Of a DNA stretch of 64,000 nt, positions 12,489-25,161 are shown piece after piece. This DNA comes from Enoplolaimus lenunculus. Its lineage: Eukaryota. The position numbers and the translations under genes were made by a program. The notes beneath the pieces are model-generated. The model was not told the DNA's origin and did no database searches. It was given only the letters and a program-made list of their open reading frames with translations. The first letter of the stretch is position 1. Each line of letters begins with the position of its first letter. The DNA lies in the NCBI GenBank assembly GCA_030248215.1, contig JASANG010003910.1, positions 310,001 through 374,000 of the forward strand. The letters run 5' to 3'.

Positions 12489-15017
12489 AAGTTGAATTTT
12501 TGTGACAAAATAGAAATTCTTTTACAATATCACAGTTATTACACGTAGAATTGCAACAAAATCAAAAACTGCATACATAAAACCGGAACTATGGACTGAT
12601 GAAAGGGGTGTCCCCATATGGTCATGCTCATTCACAGGGTCGCTCAAAAAATTTTCTGTAATTCCGAAACAATTTCGCATGGTGGAAATATCTTTGCTAT
12701 CCTTCAAACATGTTACAGTTATCTCTGTGCTGTATGCAATTTCCAGTTGCGGGGGTACGAGGTTTGAATCAGCGTGTAAGCATTGAATAGTGCATACGTG
12801 CCTTTCGACCGCGTGCAAAAACCTACAAATACCATAGCATTAATCAAACACTCTAGATTTCAAGCGTCAAGAATTGGTTTAATGCTAGGTTTATAATTGA
12901 TTTCTGTAATTATGATCATCCTATTATAATCGTATACAGTAGGAGGTGCTTAATACACTGTGGCGTGACTATTTAGCAAAAGCTAAAATAGCTTTAGCTG
13001 CGTCGGTTAAAACTAGAATGCCGGGCAGCGTAACTATTAAACCAGACGTCTTATTGATTGATTTCTGCAGCGTATACAATTATAGTTCGATAATTTTGAA
13101 ATTTGCTTTCAAGTTGAAATTTTTAAAATTATTACACAGGTTTAGTATAGGTTTAAGCGAAACGGTCATGCCGAGACTATAAGAAGCTAAAATCGTAGCA
13201 AATTCGCAAATTTTAAACAATAATCTATTATAGGTGTTGTCAACAAATCGTTTTCAGCGTCTTTTAAGAAGTTTCAGCTAGTTCAAGCAAACAATTGAAC
13301 GGTCCTATATTTTATTATTGCGAAAAATCTGACTATCAAAAATACCACAATATGCGGCAAAAGTAGTCCAGTAACAAGAATTCAATTTTATGACAGACGA
13401 AAGCCTCTTTGATTATTTGGCAATTTGTTTTAAACATAAGACGGTTAAATTTCGCGAAAGTTTCACTAACCATTGAACTCTCATAAACTGAGCAAACCGT
13501 GCTTCATTGGGTTAAAATAAATTTTAAAAGTCACCTTTTAACCAATGGAATTAAACGTATTTATGTACGCCTTTATAATTTACCAATCAGATTACGCGAT
13601 ATAAGTGTTCTTATTAATGATTAATCTTCTTGAATTTAATCGTGCTACCGCCTTAAAATGCGTTTGTGTAATTTTCACTAACGCCCTCCGGTCAACACGA
13701 GAGCTTTACCCATATGTTCAATTTTTAAAAATTTGAACTTAAAGTTCAAACACGACACGTTTTGAGTCTACGATTTTGTGCTTCTTTCGCCGGCGGTTGA
13801 CGTTTCTTATATCGAATGTTAGCTGAAATGGCAATGGTTTAAATTTTTAAAATTTGAATGAATTGAAGTTTTCTCTTAATTAATGAGTTCCCCTTCGTTG
13901 AAAAAGGGGAAACTTTAATTTAATCCTTAAATTTCAACTGTTTTAACGTTCAAATTATGAACAAATGTAGAAACGAAATTTGACCCGTTGATAGCTGCGA
14001 TAGCTTCATCGCTGTTGGTGGCAATGTGGTATTATTTGCGATATACGATCCTACATTTATGGAAATTGTTGCGGAATTTTTTTTACACTAAGGGTGGAGC
14101 TATACTTATGATGACGTCCGGCGGCAGTCTTGATGTTTCAAGTAGCATTTTAATTTGGCAAGGAACTCATCGTTTAGTTCACAACAACTACTTTATTTTT
14201 AAGGAGTATTCGGCACAAATTTAGGTACTCAAATCATTTTGCAGTCAACAAATTTTAAAGAAACATTAATATTTAGTTGAATTTAAATATAAACATATAT
14301 CTTACAAAAATTTATTGTTGTGTTGTAAACCAAGCCATTTTAATAAAGCTTACTAATAAAGGCAAAACTTAATTATAGATTACATTATTCAATCTAAAAA
14401 TAGGCAACTGGTCAAGTTCGTTATGCCTTCGTGCAGAACTTTATTTTGTTCTTGGAAGTAGGAATGTACTTTCAAAATTTAAGTACGCTTTAATCTTTCG
14501 AACTTAAATTATTTGGTCCTGGAGTCTTTTATGGACTACAATTAGGAAAAATTGACATTTATGGACTCTAATTAGGGTTTAGGGACTTATCCGCTACCGG
14601 ACGCTAAGGGATACGGACTCCTATTGATTGGGACTCATGTTGGGAACCCCCCTCTTATTACACCGTTCTTATTCGGATCACTACAGTACGTTTACGTCGA
14701 GTCCTGAACAGTTTATTTGTCTCAATTGGCAACTTTTCAGTCACAAAGCGCAGTGTTTTGCTCACCGTATAGATAGAACAACTGAAAAAACTAATTCTGA
14801 TTGGAGAATGTAAATCGCAAGACAAGATTTTGCTGCAATATTATTGACTGAGTGTTTAGTTTAGCACATATTCGGTTATATATCGAAGGACTATTGCACT
14901 TTGGGATAGCCTGTTGCTAACTGAGGTAAAAAAATCTTCCGGATACGACACGTATAATAATACCACTAGCAGTAACGGCGTTGTGCTTTATTTTTAGAAG
15001 CCAACTTAATCTAAACG

Positions 15018-15026
15018 CTATATAAT
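15018..15026 (+). promoter_or_regulatory. Candidate TATA box of neurogenin
   Basis: CTATATAAT about 45 nt upstream of the proposed ATG; AT-rich background makes this weak. Confidence 0.25.
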
Positions 15027-15066
15027 TTAATTATACATCTTACAATTACTTTGATTGCAAATTCGA

Positions 15067-17608
15067 ATGGCTTATATTGCTGTTCCAGAAAAAATGTTAT
15101 CTGTAGACAGACAAGACATAGTTGAGGTAAGTGGTCATATTTATTTTTAAAATGCATCTCTAGCACCTATCATCAGTTGGTGATATGTCTTGTAAATTTA
15201 GTACAGGGGAATAGTGAGTTTCGAAACTTGGCATATTTTCAAATCCGCAAATGCCGCAGCGTGCGTTCATTTTTCGGAAGAACTCAAAGCCGTGCTACAA
15301 CTATTACTTAAGTATGTCGGTAATGAATTTGACGAATGCTACTGTATCAGTAGCAGCTTGATGCTCTGAGTAATTTTTTATTGAAACAGCTAAAATACTC
15401 TAATGAAATATTTTTGGACGACAAGTCTTTGACGTTCTAATATGAATAGAACTTGGTGCGACGTTAACGAAGCTGTAGTTCCATCTTGTTTTAAGGTCCC
15501 TTGACATTGCGTGAGGCGCAGAGGGGCGGCGACAGATGCCTTAGATTTCAATGAAAGAAAAGTTTTCTATCTGATAAATTTTTGCGCTAACGAATAAAAG
15601 TAAAACAGTGCCCACCTCTCGAATTCTGCAATTATATGCGACTCGCTTTTTCGACTTTTTGCAATGTTTTAAGGTTTATATGGTGTGAACACTACAATAT
15701 GAATTATGTCAGTTTAATATTATTGCAGCAGTAGGTAAAATTTATTTCAGCGGCCTGTGGCACTTTTTAATATAAAAAATTTTACTCCGGCGTCCGGCGA
15801 AGCGCAGCGAGCATAGCGCAACCCTTAATGTAACCTTTGGACGGTCATTACTCTATACTTGGTGTTAAACGTTAATAAAGTTTATAGGCGACACAACTGT
15901 CACCCGGTCATGGAACCAATACGTCAACACAGCAGTTTCCGTCAAAACATTCGGATCCGACGCGCAAAAAACGAAAATATCGCTCCAGGGCGCGTGCCCG
16001 AAGCCCTGCAACTGTGGAACGGTAAGTAAATTAGCTAATTGAAACGCAACTTTTTATAGCTAGCAGATGCTTTATTAATAGTTTTCCACTAAATATTTCT
16101 ATAGCTGAACAGGTGCGTAGCCAGCTCACTTTCCTAAGGGCCTGAAATTTTTCCAGGAAGGGCATACAAGGATTTTCAATGACTTACAAGCAAGGTTGAA
16201 AATTTTCTAGGGGGGCAAAACTTTTTCAGGGGTGGCTGGCTGAGCCTCCCTGGTCCACTTGGCTACGGGACCGAAGTTAATAAAAGCTAAGTTTCGGTTA
16301 TAACAAGAATAAAATAAAGTAACACAGAATAATGTTAGTTTCTTGAATTGGCCGCCATCTCATGCTACTATTCAAGCTTGAATGCTTGTAACTTACTACT
16401 ACTAATAATTAACCATCAGTAGGTTTTGTTAACTCGGAAAAATATAATTTTCTTGAATTTGGCAAAATGTCGTACATTCACACTAAGTTTTAATACTTGC
16501 AACTTACTGGTAATAATTACCATCGCAGCTTGACTGTTCTAAACGTAAAATCTCTCAAAAATCCAGCAATTGACAAAACCAGAACCATAGTTTTAGTTTA
16601 TACTCTGAAAAAAAGTTAAAATGCAGTGTTAAAACGTGAATTTACCATCAATTTGAGTAGCTTTTGTTTTCGCTTTTCAGGTTGCGAAAAGTTCGTCGAG
16701 GCAAAGCGAACGACCGCGAACGCTCACGGATGCATACGCTAAACGAAGGGTTGGAAATGTTACGCGACGTGTTGCCGCTAATGCCTGACGATCACAAATT
16801 GACCAAAATCGAAACGCTTCGTATGGCACTAAATTACATAGCTACCCTCGAAGATCTACTTCGAACTGGAGATTCCGGCGGCACCACTGGCAATTCGAAC
16901 CTAACCACAAACTCAGAAAATTTCGTTGATTACTTGTCTGAGACCAGTAGCGGGGTTCGACCTGGGTTACGCCAAATTGAGTTTGAAAGTTGTTTTGATC
17001 AGCTGAACCAAATGTATCCGCCATGCGACCATGACGACACTTCCGTCAGTGAGTCTTCAATTAGCGAAGCGAATTGTTCAATCCAACCATCTCTTTGCGG
17101 AACAATTCCTGCCGTATGCGGTTATTCTGGCGCAAGTTTGAGTTCATATCAAAGCATTCCGCCGGAACGACGCAACTCCGGATACAAACGTGACACTGGA
17201 GCAGTTTCCACTTTTAATTACACCGGAAACCACGAGATGGCTTGCATTACCAACGAGCGGTGTTTGCATTCAAATACGCCTATGATATTTAAGAACAATG
17301 AAGAATCGATTCAAATTAAAGTTTCGGACTCATCTGGTTCTTTCTGCTCTGCTATGGGCTCAGAAGCACCCTCGATACCCAATACGAGTGCTGAAAGTTT
17401 TCAACAGAATTCTACTTACGGATCTTATAATAACTTTCACGTAGGCACCGAATTAGTCAGAAGGCAGCAGCAAATAGGAAAGCGAACGCATGGTCATCAT
17501 ATGGAAGAAAGTATGTTTCCTACTACTCCAGGGAGTAATTTTAGTAACCGGATGTATACAAGTGAACTGAGATGCGTTCCGGATTTTGATATATCCTGCG
17601 TATATTAA
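15067..17608 (+). CDS. Neurog: Neurogenin-family bHLH transcription factor (3 coding exons, ~373 aa)
   Basis: Exons 15067-15126 ([26 protein letters not shown]), 15888-16021 (...[24 protein letters not shown]) and 16681-17608 (after TTTTCAG) are phase-consistent, 1122 nt total. b[52 protein letters not shown] plus the upstream RSP motif matches neurogenin/tap. Exon 1 is less certain than exons 2-3. Confidence 0.9.
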
Positions 17609-18952
17609 CTGTGTTTGAGCATTCATTTTTTTTATTTTGTGCTATTTAGCGGTAGTGGTAAGCATGCTAGCAGCCATGTGGGGTTATAGGAAACTCCGCC
17701 GCTGTGGAAAAATTTTGTCCCCACCCCTAGAAAATTATCAAACCTTGCTTGTAGTCAACGAATACCTTTGTATGTCCTGTCTGAAAATTTTTTAGCATCC
17801 GTTAGCAACGTGCGCTGCCTACGAGCCTTGCGTTCGTACGAAAACTAAAATTTGTTACGAAATTGTAAAAAACAACTTTTCACAAGTTTTCAATGAAATT
17901 TTAACTGGACAATATTTGAAGTCTGCATGAATTAGAATTAGTTAGGGAGGCGTTTTACGCATAATTGACACCTTTGTAGTTCCCCCCACATAGCATAAAT
18001 GGGGGTGGGTGGGATTTTTTTACTACCAATTAAACTTTTTGAATCAATTTAATGCTATCCTTACCCCTCAACTCTAAATAGTTCATTAATGGGACAGTTA
18101 AAATCGTCTGTTAAAGTACTTTTGGACTATTTCATCGTATACAAAAGGGTCACTTAGAGCGTGGTGCTTGGAAACGCGGAAGCTCACCATCCTGCGTAGT
18201 GCCTTTTGATATTACCAGGGGTTCAGGTAACGGCTTTCCCCAGAGTAGGCGAATTGGGATGTAGAAAGAATACTGAGAGCTTCTGAAATTATAGAGGGGG
18301 AAACTTTGCCACTGTTGGGGGGAATGATCTACAAAAACGCCGCATAATGTCCTGTTTAATCCTTAAGCCAGGATAATGCACAGTACAAAAAAATTCAAAA
18401 CGAGTTAAAAAATATAGGAAACATAAATAGAATTCATCATGAGCAATGAGATTTCAATGCTTAGACTTTAGAGTTATATATACTTAATGAATTGGCCAGT
18501 ATTCACAAATGTGTGTAACAAATCTGAATTGAACTTCTGTACATTTTCTGTTTTTGTTGCTACTGCGCACAATTTCACTGCGTTGCTGTGACACGTCATT
18601 GTCTCGATGCCTAACACAGATTAGCAACCAGTTCGACGCTCAGTTCGAGTTGACAACACGACCCACAGTCATAAACAATCGATTTTACATAGTGTATTCG
18701 TTTATCATACTGTCGTGAGTTTGTCGTTCAATCGTAGTTGATGTCGGCTCTAGTGCACTTTTCTTGGCAACCTTAAGCTTAATTCTAAGTCGAAGGCTAT
18801 TTCGAAATCTAAGTCTTTATTATATAACTGAAAATTTGGAGAAAACCATGGTATGAAAACGAACAAGAGCCGAAATATCCGGACAGTTATTGTACAGAGT
18901 TGCTGTCGACTTTTTGTTTATCTAATATGTTCACATAACCGTTTGTTTCTTC

Positions 18953-19188
18953 GGCCCGTGTAAAAATCAAGGGTGGAACGTTTTTCTGCGCGACTTAAAT
19001 AGAGTAAGCTTAAGCTTTAGATTAATTTTATGTTTCACTTAGGCTTAGACTTATGTATAAATTCATTCTTACGCTTGGGTTTACAAATCCGTTTATACTA
19101 CTGATCCCTTTCTTTGGCTTGGGCTTTAGGCTTTGGCTTATGAATATGCTTTTATACTACTGTTCCATCCCTTTTCTTTACATTGGCT
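18953..19188. mobile_element. TTAGGC-containing MITE (diverged)
   Basis: Same TIRs; TSD GTTTCTTC/GTTTTATC. Confidence 0.7.
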
Positions 19189-20853
19189 GTTTTATCTTTC
19201 TTTAAACAATAACGGGTTAATAATACATACTTCGAATGTTTTCTGCTCTGCGTGTCTGTTTCGTTTGAGTTTATCTGATATTTTGCTCAATTTTACAATT
19301 TGTATATATTTTTTTGTGTTATTTTATTTGTTGAAAATTCACCAGGAGTTGTGCTGTCACTGTATTGCTATAACAAGAGTGGGCGATGCATACTTCAACA
19401 AGAGTATACAACTGGGTACATTTTGTGTAGAAATCAATGTACCCGGCAAACGTTCGCGTTTTTGCCCTACCCCTTTTGTTTAGAGGGATACAGCCGGTAC
19501 AAACCATGACACTTTATGTATGCGGTGTCAAACATGCTCCCTTGGCCTGGGTAAATCCAATATTTAAGTTTCATTTCAAATTGCTTCGCGAGGGCCGCAG
19601 TAGCTGATCTACAAACTGGGGCAGGGGCACTTACGCGAGCAAGAAGCCAAATGCAATGGTAAGTGACTTGTAAAGCAGGGACCTTTTCCTATTTATCCGC
19701 GAGATTTATTTTAGCTCGTATGCAAAATTTTCTGACTACAATAAGCTGGAGTCGGCATCCAACCTATTCCGGCTGCTCGGCCCAGCTGTAAATAGTGTTC
19801 TAATGTTAGCGTTATTGCAGCTATGGAAACGTTACTGTTTGGTAACTTGATTAATGTATGTGTATATTTCATTTTTATGTTTATGTCTGTAATTTTAAGT
19901 GCAATATTTTTGATGTTTAATTCTAAGAATATTAACATTGAAATAAACCATTTAAACGATTTAATCAGGTTGATTTTGACTCTGATTAAATCCTGCAAAC
20001 TCCCACAATGCCCTCGTTCGTTATGTTGTTTTTGTCTCCTAGTATGTTGAGCTGACGTCACGCTCATCATAGCACGTCACCAGGGTATCTAACGAGCGGC
20101 TGCAAAACAGTAGGACTATATTTTTTTGCTTAAGCTTAGGTTTAGGCTTAAGAATATGCTTAATGTGCTGATACAGCCTTAAAAATAACATTGGCACATA
20201 CTTTTAACATGACGAGGTAATCACTTGAAGTGTAAACAGTACTACGCGACTGCAGGACCGTCTGACGGTGTGTGTCACATTTAATAGTGAAAAAAACCAC
20301 CATGAGCGAGAAAGCAAACGTAATTTTAATGCTAAATCTTAATATAAAATTACGGTTTTGATCTTTGTTGTGGGTCGTGGCATTAAGCAGGGTCTCTATG
20401 ATCCGTTCCCCACAGGGAACATAATTTTGGGCAACATAAACATTTATATTAACAATTCGATCCAACAAACGGTTACTATTGAATCTATATACCTATGGCA
20501 TTTATAGATTGTAAAAGTGACACCGCAAAGTTAAATCTATCTTAGCGTAAATAGTAAACGCGATATCAGCTTTAGACAGGAAAGCGGTTTTAATTAAGCA
20601 CAGAGAGTAATTAATTTGTATATTTGAGTGGAGTCGAAATTTAACACTACAATTTTGATAAAGTCGCATAATGAGCGTAAACACAGTTTTGGATTTAAAC
20701 CGTTTAGAGTATATATTCCTAAAATGAGCATAAGAAAAAAACTTTCGTGTACTGAAGACGGGTTTTGTACATTTTCGTCCACTGTTCGAAATCTTCACAT
20801 CTTTTACATAAATTAGACCTAACAAACCTTATGCTCAAGTATATTGAGAAAAA

Positions 20854-21022
20854 GGTCAATGTAGAGAACAGTGCCGTAACAGTAGTATAAGTATACTCCG
20901 AAGCCTAAGCGAAATATTATCTAATACCTAAACCTAAGCAAAAAATTTGCCTAAAACTTTTAAGCTCATTTTATTTACAGTCCTGCAGGAAAACGGTCCA
21001 ACCCCTGATCTTTACGTTTGCC
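20854..21022. mobile_element. TTAGGC-containing MITE (diverged)
   Basis: GGTCAATGTAGAGAACAG...CCCCTGATCTTTACGTTTGCC; TSD unclear. Confidence 0.65.
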
Positions 21023-21301
21023 AAAAAATGTGCCCAAATGGTGTTAATACATGCAAGCGACGTAAAAGATGTCTACAAACAGAATATTAATAAATTGTTT
21101 CCTGATGCAACGACTTCATTTGATAAAAAACATTATTCTAAAATTCCACTAAAATTGTGAAAAAAATGAATTAAGGTCCGTTGTAATGGACATTTTATTT
21201 AAAATTTCACATTTCACCGAATTTTCTAGCCAAGACATTACACTTCGACTGGGTAATAACTGCGCAATAGTAATATTGGATAACCTCTGTATACGCATAT
21301 A

Positions 21302-21596
21302 TGTTGTAGGCCAATCTGCTTTCCAGACCAATTACTCATTGGCCTAGGTCAATTTGCTATTTTACGTAATAGCAGTTTGGCCTGAGCTAAACTGCTATTG
21401 AATTTACAGACCAATCATATTTGATTACTTGGAAAAACACAATACCGTTAACCAATCAGAGTTGGTGTTACATCATTGTTGTATTGCCATATTACACAAT
21501 CGCTGTTTGGCGTAGGACAAACTGCTATTTGCTTTGAATAGCACATTGCCCCAGGTCAATTGGTAATTGGCCTGAATAGCAGATTGGCCTACGACA
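21302..21596. mobile_element. Long-TIR MITE, TGT...ACA ends (Ginger-like)
   Basis: ~100-bp imperfect TIRs (TGTTGTAGGCCAATCTGCT / AGCAGATTGGCCTACGACA) flanked by TATA on both sides. Confidence 0.65.
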
Positions 21597-21723
21597 TATA
21601 TACAATAGATACGCCACAACTAACAGTACATATGCATTCATCAAGGGAAAGAACATGTTACGCGAATTTCCTTTCACGTTCACGCAATCTGAGAACCGTG
21701 TACATTGGTAGAATATAAGGATA

Positions 21724-21912
21724 GGCCAATGTTACTTTAGGGGCGTAACAGTATATTAACCGTATTCCTAAGCCTAAGCCTAAGCCTAACCGTTGGAAAA
21801 TAAGTTCCTAAGCCTAAGCCTTAGCCTAAGCAAAAAAATGTAATCTAGACTCTAAACTTACTCTTTTATAGACCCACCAGAAACCTGGACGCCCCTTAAA
21901 ATAACACGGGTC
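21724..21912. mobile_element. TTAGGC-containing MITE, subfamily C
   Basis: GGCCAATGTTACTTTAGGGGCGTAACAG...ACACGGGTC; aligns by eye to 56310 and 62441 copies. Confidence 0.75.
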
Positions 21913-22323
21913 GAAACCTCTTAAGTTTAATTTAATCAATGCTCACCGATAAAGGATAAACAAATATTTGCATATACGCTGAATGTAACATTAACAATGG
22001 CGTACCGAAAGAGAACCGCGTACCGAAATTGAAATAACTTCTCGTCAGATCGATGTCTTCTCTCACATAATTACTGATCTGAAAAGTCTTATTAAACAGT
22101 AAACATTTCCGTCGTTCCCCGAAGATAATGTTTTCCCCAGCTTAATTTTTGGAGTACGTTATTGCAATCCAATACGCAAACAAATTTCGTGACATTTGCA
22201 CTTTCACAAAAATATATTGCGATAAAGCTGTCTTTGCATAATTATGCAAATAATGCAGTGTCATACGTACACTATTTACACAAAGATGCCGTAACGTCTA
22301 GTCGAAAATAAAATATATGGGCG

Positions 22324-22525
22324 TTAATCTCGAAGGGTGGTGGGGATCACTACCCCTTAATCTCGAGGGGTGGTGGGGGATCACTACCCCTTAATCTCGA
22401 GGGGTGGTGGGGGATCACTACCCCTTAATCTCGAGGGGTGGTGGGGGATCACTACCCCTTAATCTCGAGGGGTGATGGGGGATCACTACCCCTTATTCTC
22501 GAGGGGTGGTGGGGATCACTACCCC
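22324..22525. repeat. 34-bp minisatellite, 6 copies
   Basis: Unit TTAATCTCGAGGGGTGGTGGGGGATCACTACCCC head-to-tail, no spacers. Confidence 0.95.
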
Positions 22526-23250
22526 TTTTGAGTGTAAAAATGGTAGTTGTTTTTTTGCCCCCACCTTGTAAAAACAAAAAACTTGACGGCTTATTGATAC
22601 GCAAAGCGTCTGACACCAGGCATCGGGTATTGTTTCATATCCGGATGTCCGGCATTCTTGCCAGATATTTAATATTTGGATATCCGCCGCAATTAAATTT
22701 TACCCAAAATTCGATTTTGTGTTTTTAGGTTTCCCAACCTCAATTTTAGTTTTTAAGCACTGGTTGTAACTTGTTGCTCTATATGAAGTACCCAGACCAA
22801 TAAAAGGTGATTGTTATGAATGTAAAACATACTATTCTAAAGATCGTTAATTGTGCAATTGCATCAATATTTCTTGTGCTGAGTTGAATTGCGTTATTCT
22901 TTGCGTTGAATGACTGATTTAGCGCACTTGCAATCGATAAGGGTGGCTCTATATTTGCCGTGAAAAATTTGATCATGTCTAAATTACAGAGTTAACCCCT
23001 ACTTTAGAGAACAGATTGGCGCCTATAAAAATATGCTGTTTCCGCAAAATAAGGGAAACGTGACAGACGTTGTCCAGCATAAACAGTTTCCCTGCGTGGT
23101 GCATGTGCATGTTTTGACTCCTGATTGCCTAAATATGTGGCGTACGTCTAGCATTTCCTTCCTCTAAACATATTCATATTTTTCATAGAGCAGCGTGAAT
23201 ACAATATAACAAATGCCTAAGCCTCTTGTGCACTGATATTGCATTCTGTA

Positions 23251-23896
23251 CTGTAGTGACCCGAATAAGAGGTGGGTGGGTAATAAGAGGGGGTCCCCCT
23301 TTTGAGTCTCAACCAATAGGTGTCCGTATCCCTAATAAGTGTTCATGAACGGGTAGAGTCCCTAAATCGCAATTGCAGTGCATAAATGTCAAATATCCCT
23401 AATTGTAGCGTTTAAAACACACTTACGTTTTCAAAGTTACATTCTTGTATAACCTTGCATTTATCGCTCAGGCTTTTGTTTCAAGACAAATAAACGTTTA
23501 ATTTAAAGGATAATTGCAGTACCGGATATATATCAGTAACGAAGGGTGGCAGAGCGTTGGGTTACAAAACATAACAGTCTGTAACCGAATAACGGAGGGT
23601 CCAGGGTGCAACCGGAGGTGAAAAATACCGGAGCCGGAGCCGGAGGTCAACGAAACTTGCCGGAATCGGAGGTGAGGCGAAATTAAGTTGTAAAAATGAT
23701 GGTTAATTAGTTAGTTTTAGCCAATATCTGCAAAAAGTTGTTATGTTGTTTAGTTCACGCTAATTTTCTGCCAAATTTCGGCAATTCTTTAATGAAAATC
23801 GTGGCAAAAGTCAATCGAAACGCGCTAAACAAATAAATTTAGGAAAAGTATGATGCAAAATTTTACTAGTCCTCCCTCTTATTCGGGTCTCTGCGG
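23251..23896. mobile_element. pogo/Tc2-like MITE with nested hAT-like fragment from 23602
   Basis: TA-CTGTAGTGACCCGAATAAGAGG...CCTCTTATTCGGGTCTCTGCGG-TA; interior interrupted by CAGGGTGCAACCGG. Confidence 0.75.
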
Positions 23897-24788
23897 TATC
23901 TGTGTCTAATAGTCATTTTAGCGGTTTCAGTTAAATAAAATGCTTAGCGCAGGAGGGTTGGGGTCTTGCTTAGTGTCCCTTTAAATCGCAGGTAGGACCA
24001 TAGCGCAAAATTAACGAAAAATTAAACGAGTCTAGTTTTAAAGGAAAAGCATAATATGTTTACAAGTGAAAAAGATGCCCCTCCATATTTGCATAGTGGC
24101 AACGAAAAACGACAGAATTGCCTTAATTCTAACGCCTCGATATTCTCAGGTCTCGTATGGAAGATTTGAAGAGAATATAGTTTTCATGGTTTGGCCTAAA
24201 ATATCTTAAGCGTAGTCACTTCTGCATTACGTGTATATTCCTTTTTGTTTTCTTTTTTGGAATATATACTATCGGTTTTAAATTACACCATGGTCATAAT
24301 GTTAAAACGAAGCGCACCAAACAAATGAATTTTGTCAATGCAAAATTTCACCACCGAAATCTCCAGAACCTTCAGCACAAATTCTGCTAAACGCGGAGCC
24401 ATAGATTGATTTTCTGTCGGAGCCATGTCTGCTGTTTAAACATAAAACAATCAAATTTGAAATGCCTAATGTTAAACCCACGACCGTGTGTTTCACTTCT
24501 GAAATTGCGTAGCTAGTTAATAATGTGAAAGAATTAGTTGGTCAGACGTTATTGTCACGTGAAGAAACATGGGGAAGAAAACAAAGCCAACAACTAACAA
24601 GGCCACTTTATTGTAATTCTGGTTACTCGTAGACGTACGATATATGTTGTTCTGAAAGAGCAAGTTGTAATTTGAACAAGTCATAACCATCCGTCATCCA
24701 TTGAGCTATGTCGGTATATGTGCACGTGTGTGTAAAGCAAATGTTGCCATGCCTGTGCACATATACCGGTATAAGAAGTTGTTGCAAT

Positions 24789-24860
24789 GACCACGTGGTG
24801 TAGTGGTAGCATGCTTGGCTCGAGAGCAAGAGGGCCGAGGTTCGATTCCCGGCGTGGTCA
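24789..24860 (+). tRNA. tRNA-like gene or pseudogene, anticodon CGA on a short-variable-loop body
   Basis: Perfect 7-bp acceptor stem GACCACG/CGTGGTC+A, A box TGGTGTAGTGG, anticodon arm CTTGG-CTCGAGA-GCAAG (4/5 pairs), B box GGTTCGATTCC; T stem needs a bulge or has 2 mismatches. Confidence 0.6.
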
Positions 24861-25088
24861 TTAACTTTGGCAAAAACTTCAAACAGGGGTCGTGCAGACC
24901 GTATAGTACCAACAAGCTATGTCTGTCAGCCTAGGTAGGAGTCGGGTATTACACGATGAAGTACCTGAATACATAGCACACATACAAAAAGTCAGACGTA
25001 ATACGCATTGCATAATAGCTACACACTACACAGCGTAGTATACCAGTAAACAACGCATATAATAGCTAGTACAAGTAGTTGATGCAGT

Positions 25089-25161
25089 GCCGCGATAGCC
25101 CAGTTGGTAAGAGCAGCGGCTGGGTTATCCGAGGGTCGCTGGTTCGAATCCAGCTGTGGTT
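25089..25161 (+). pseudogene. Degenerate tRNA-like sequence (anticodon undetermined, nominally GGT)
   Basis: A box TAGCCCAGTTGG, perfect T arm GCTGG-TTCGAAT-CCAGC; acceptor stem lacks one base and anticodon stem has only 3/5 pairs. Confidence 0.6.

Noticed and set aside
15533..16070. CAGATG E-boxes in neurogenin introns as autoregulatory sites
   Set aside because: Two hexamers are too close to chance without conservation data.
22324..22525. CRISPR-like palindromic 34-bp repeats
   Set aside because: No spacers, no cas genes, eukaryotic context.
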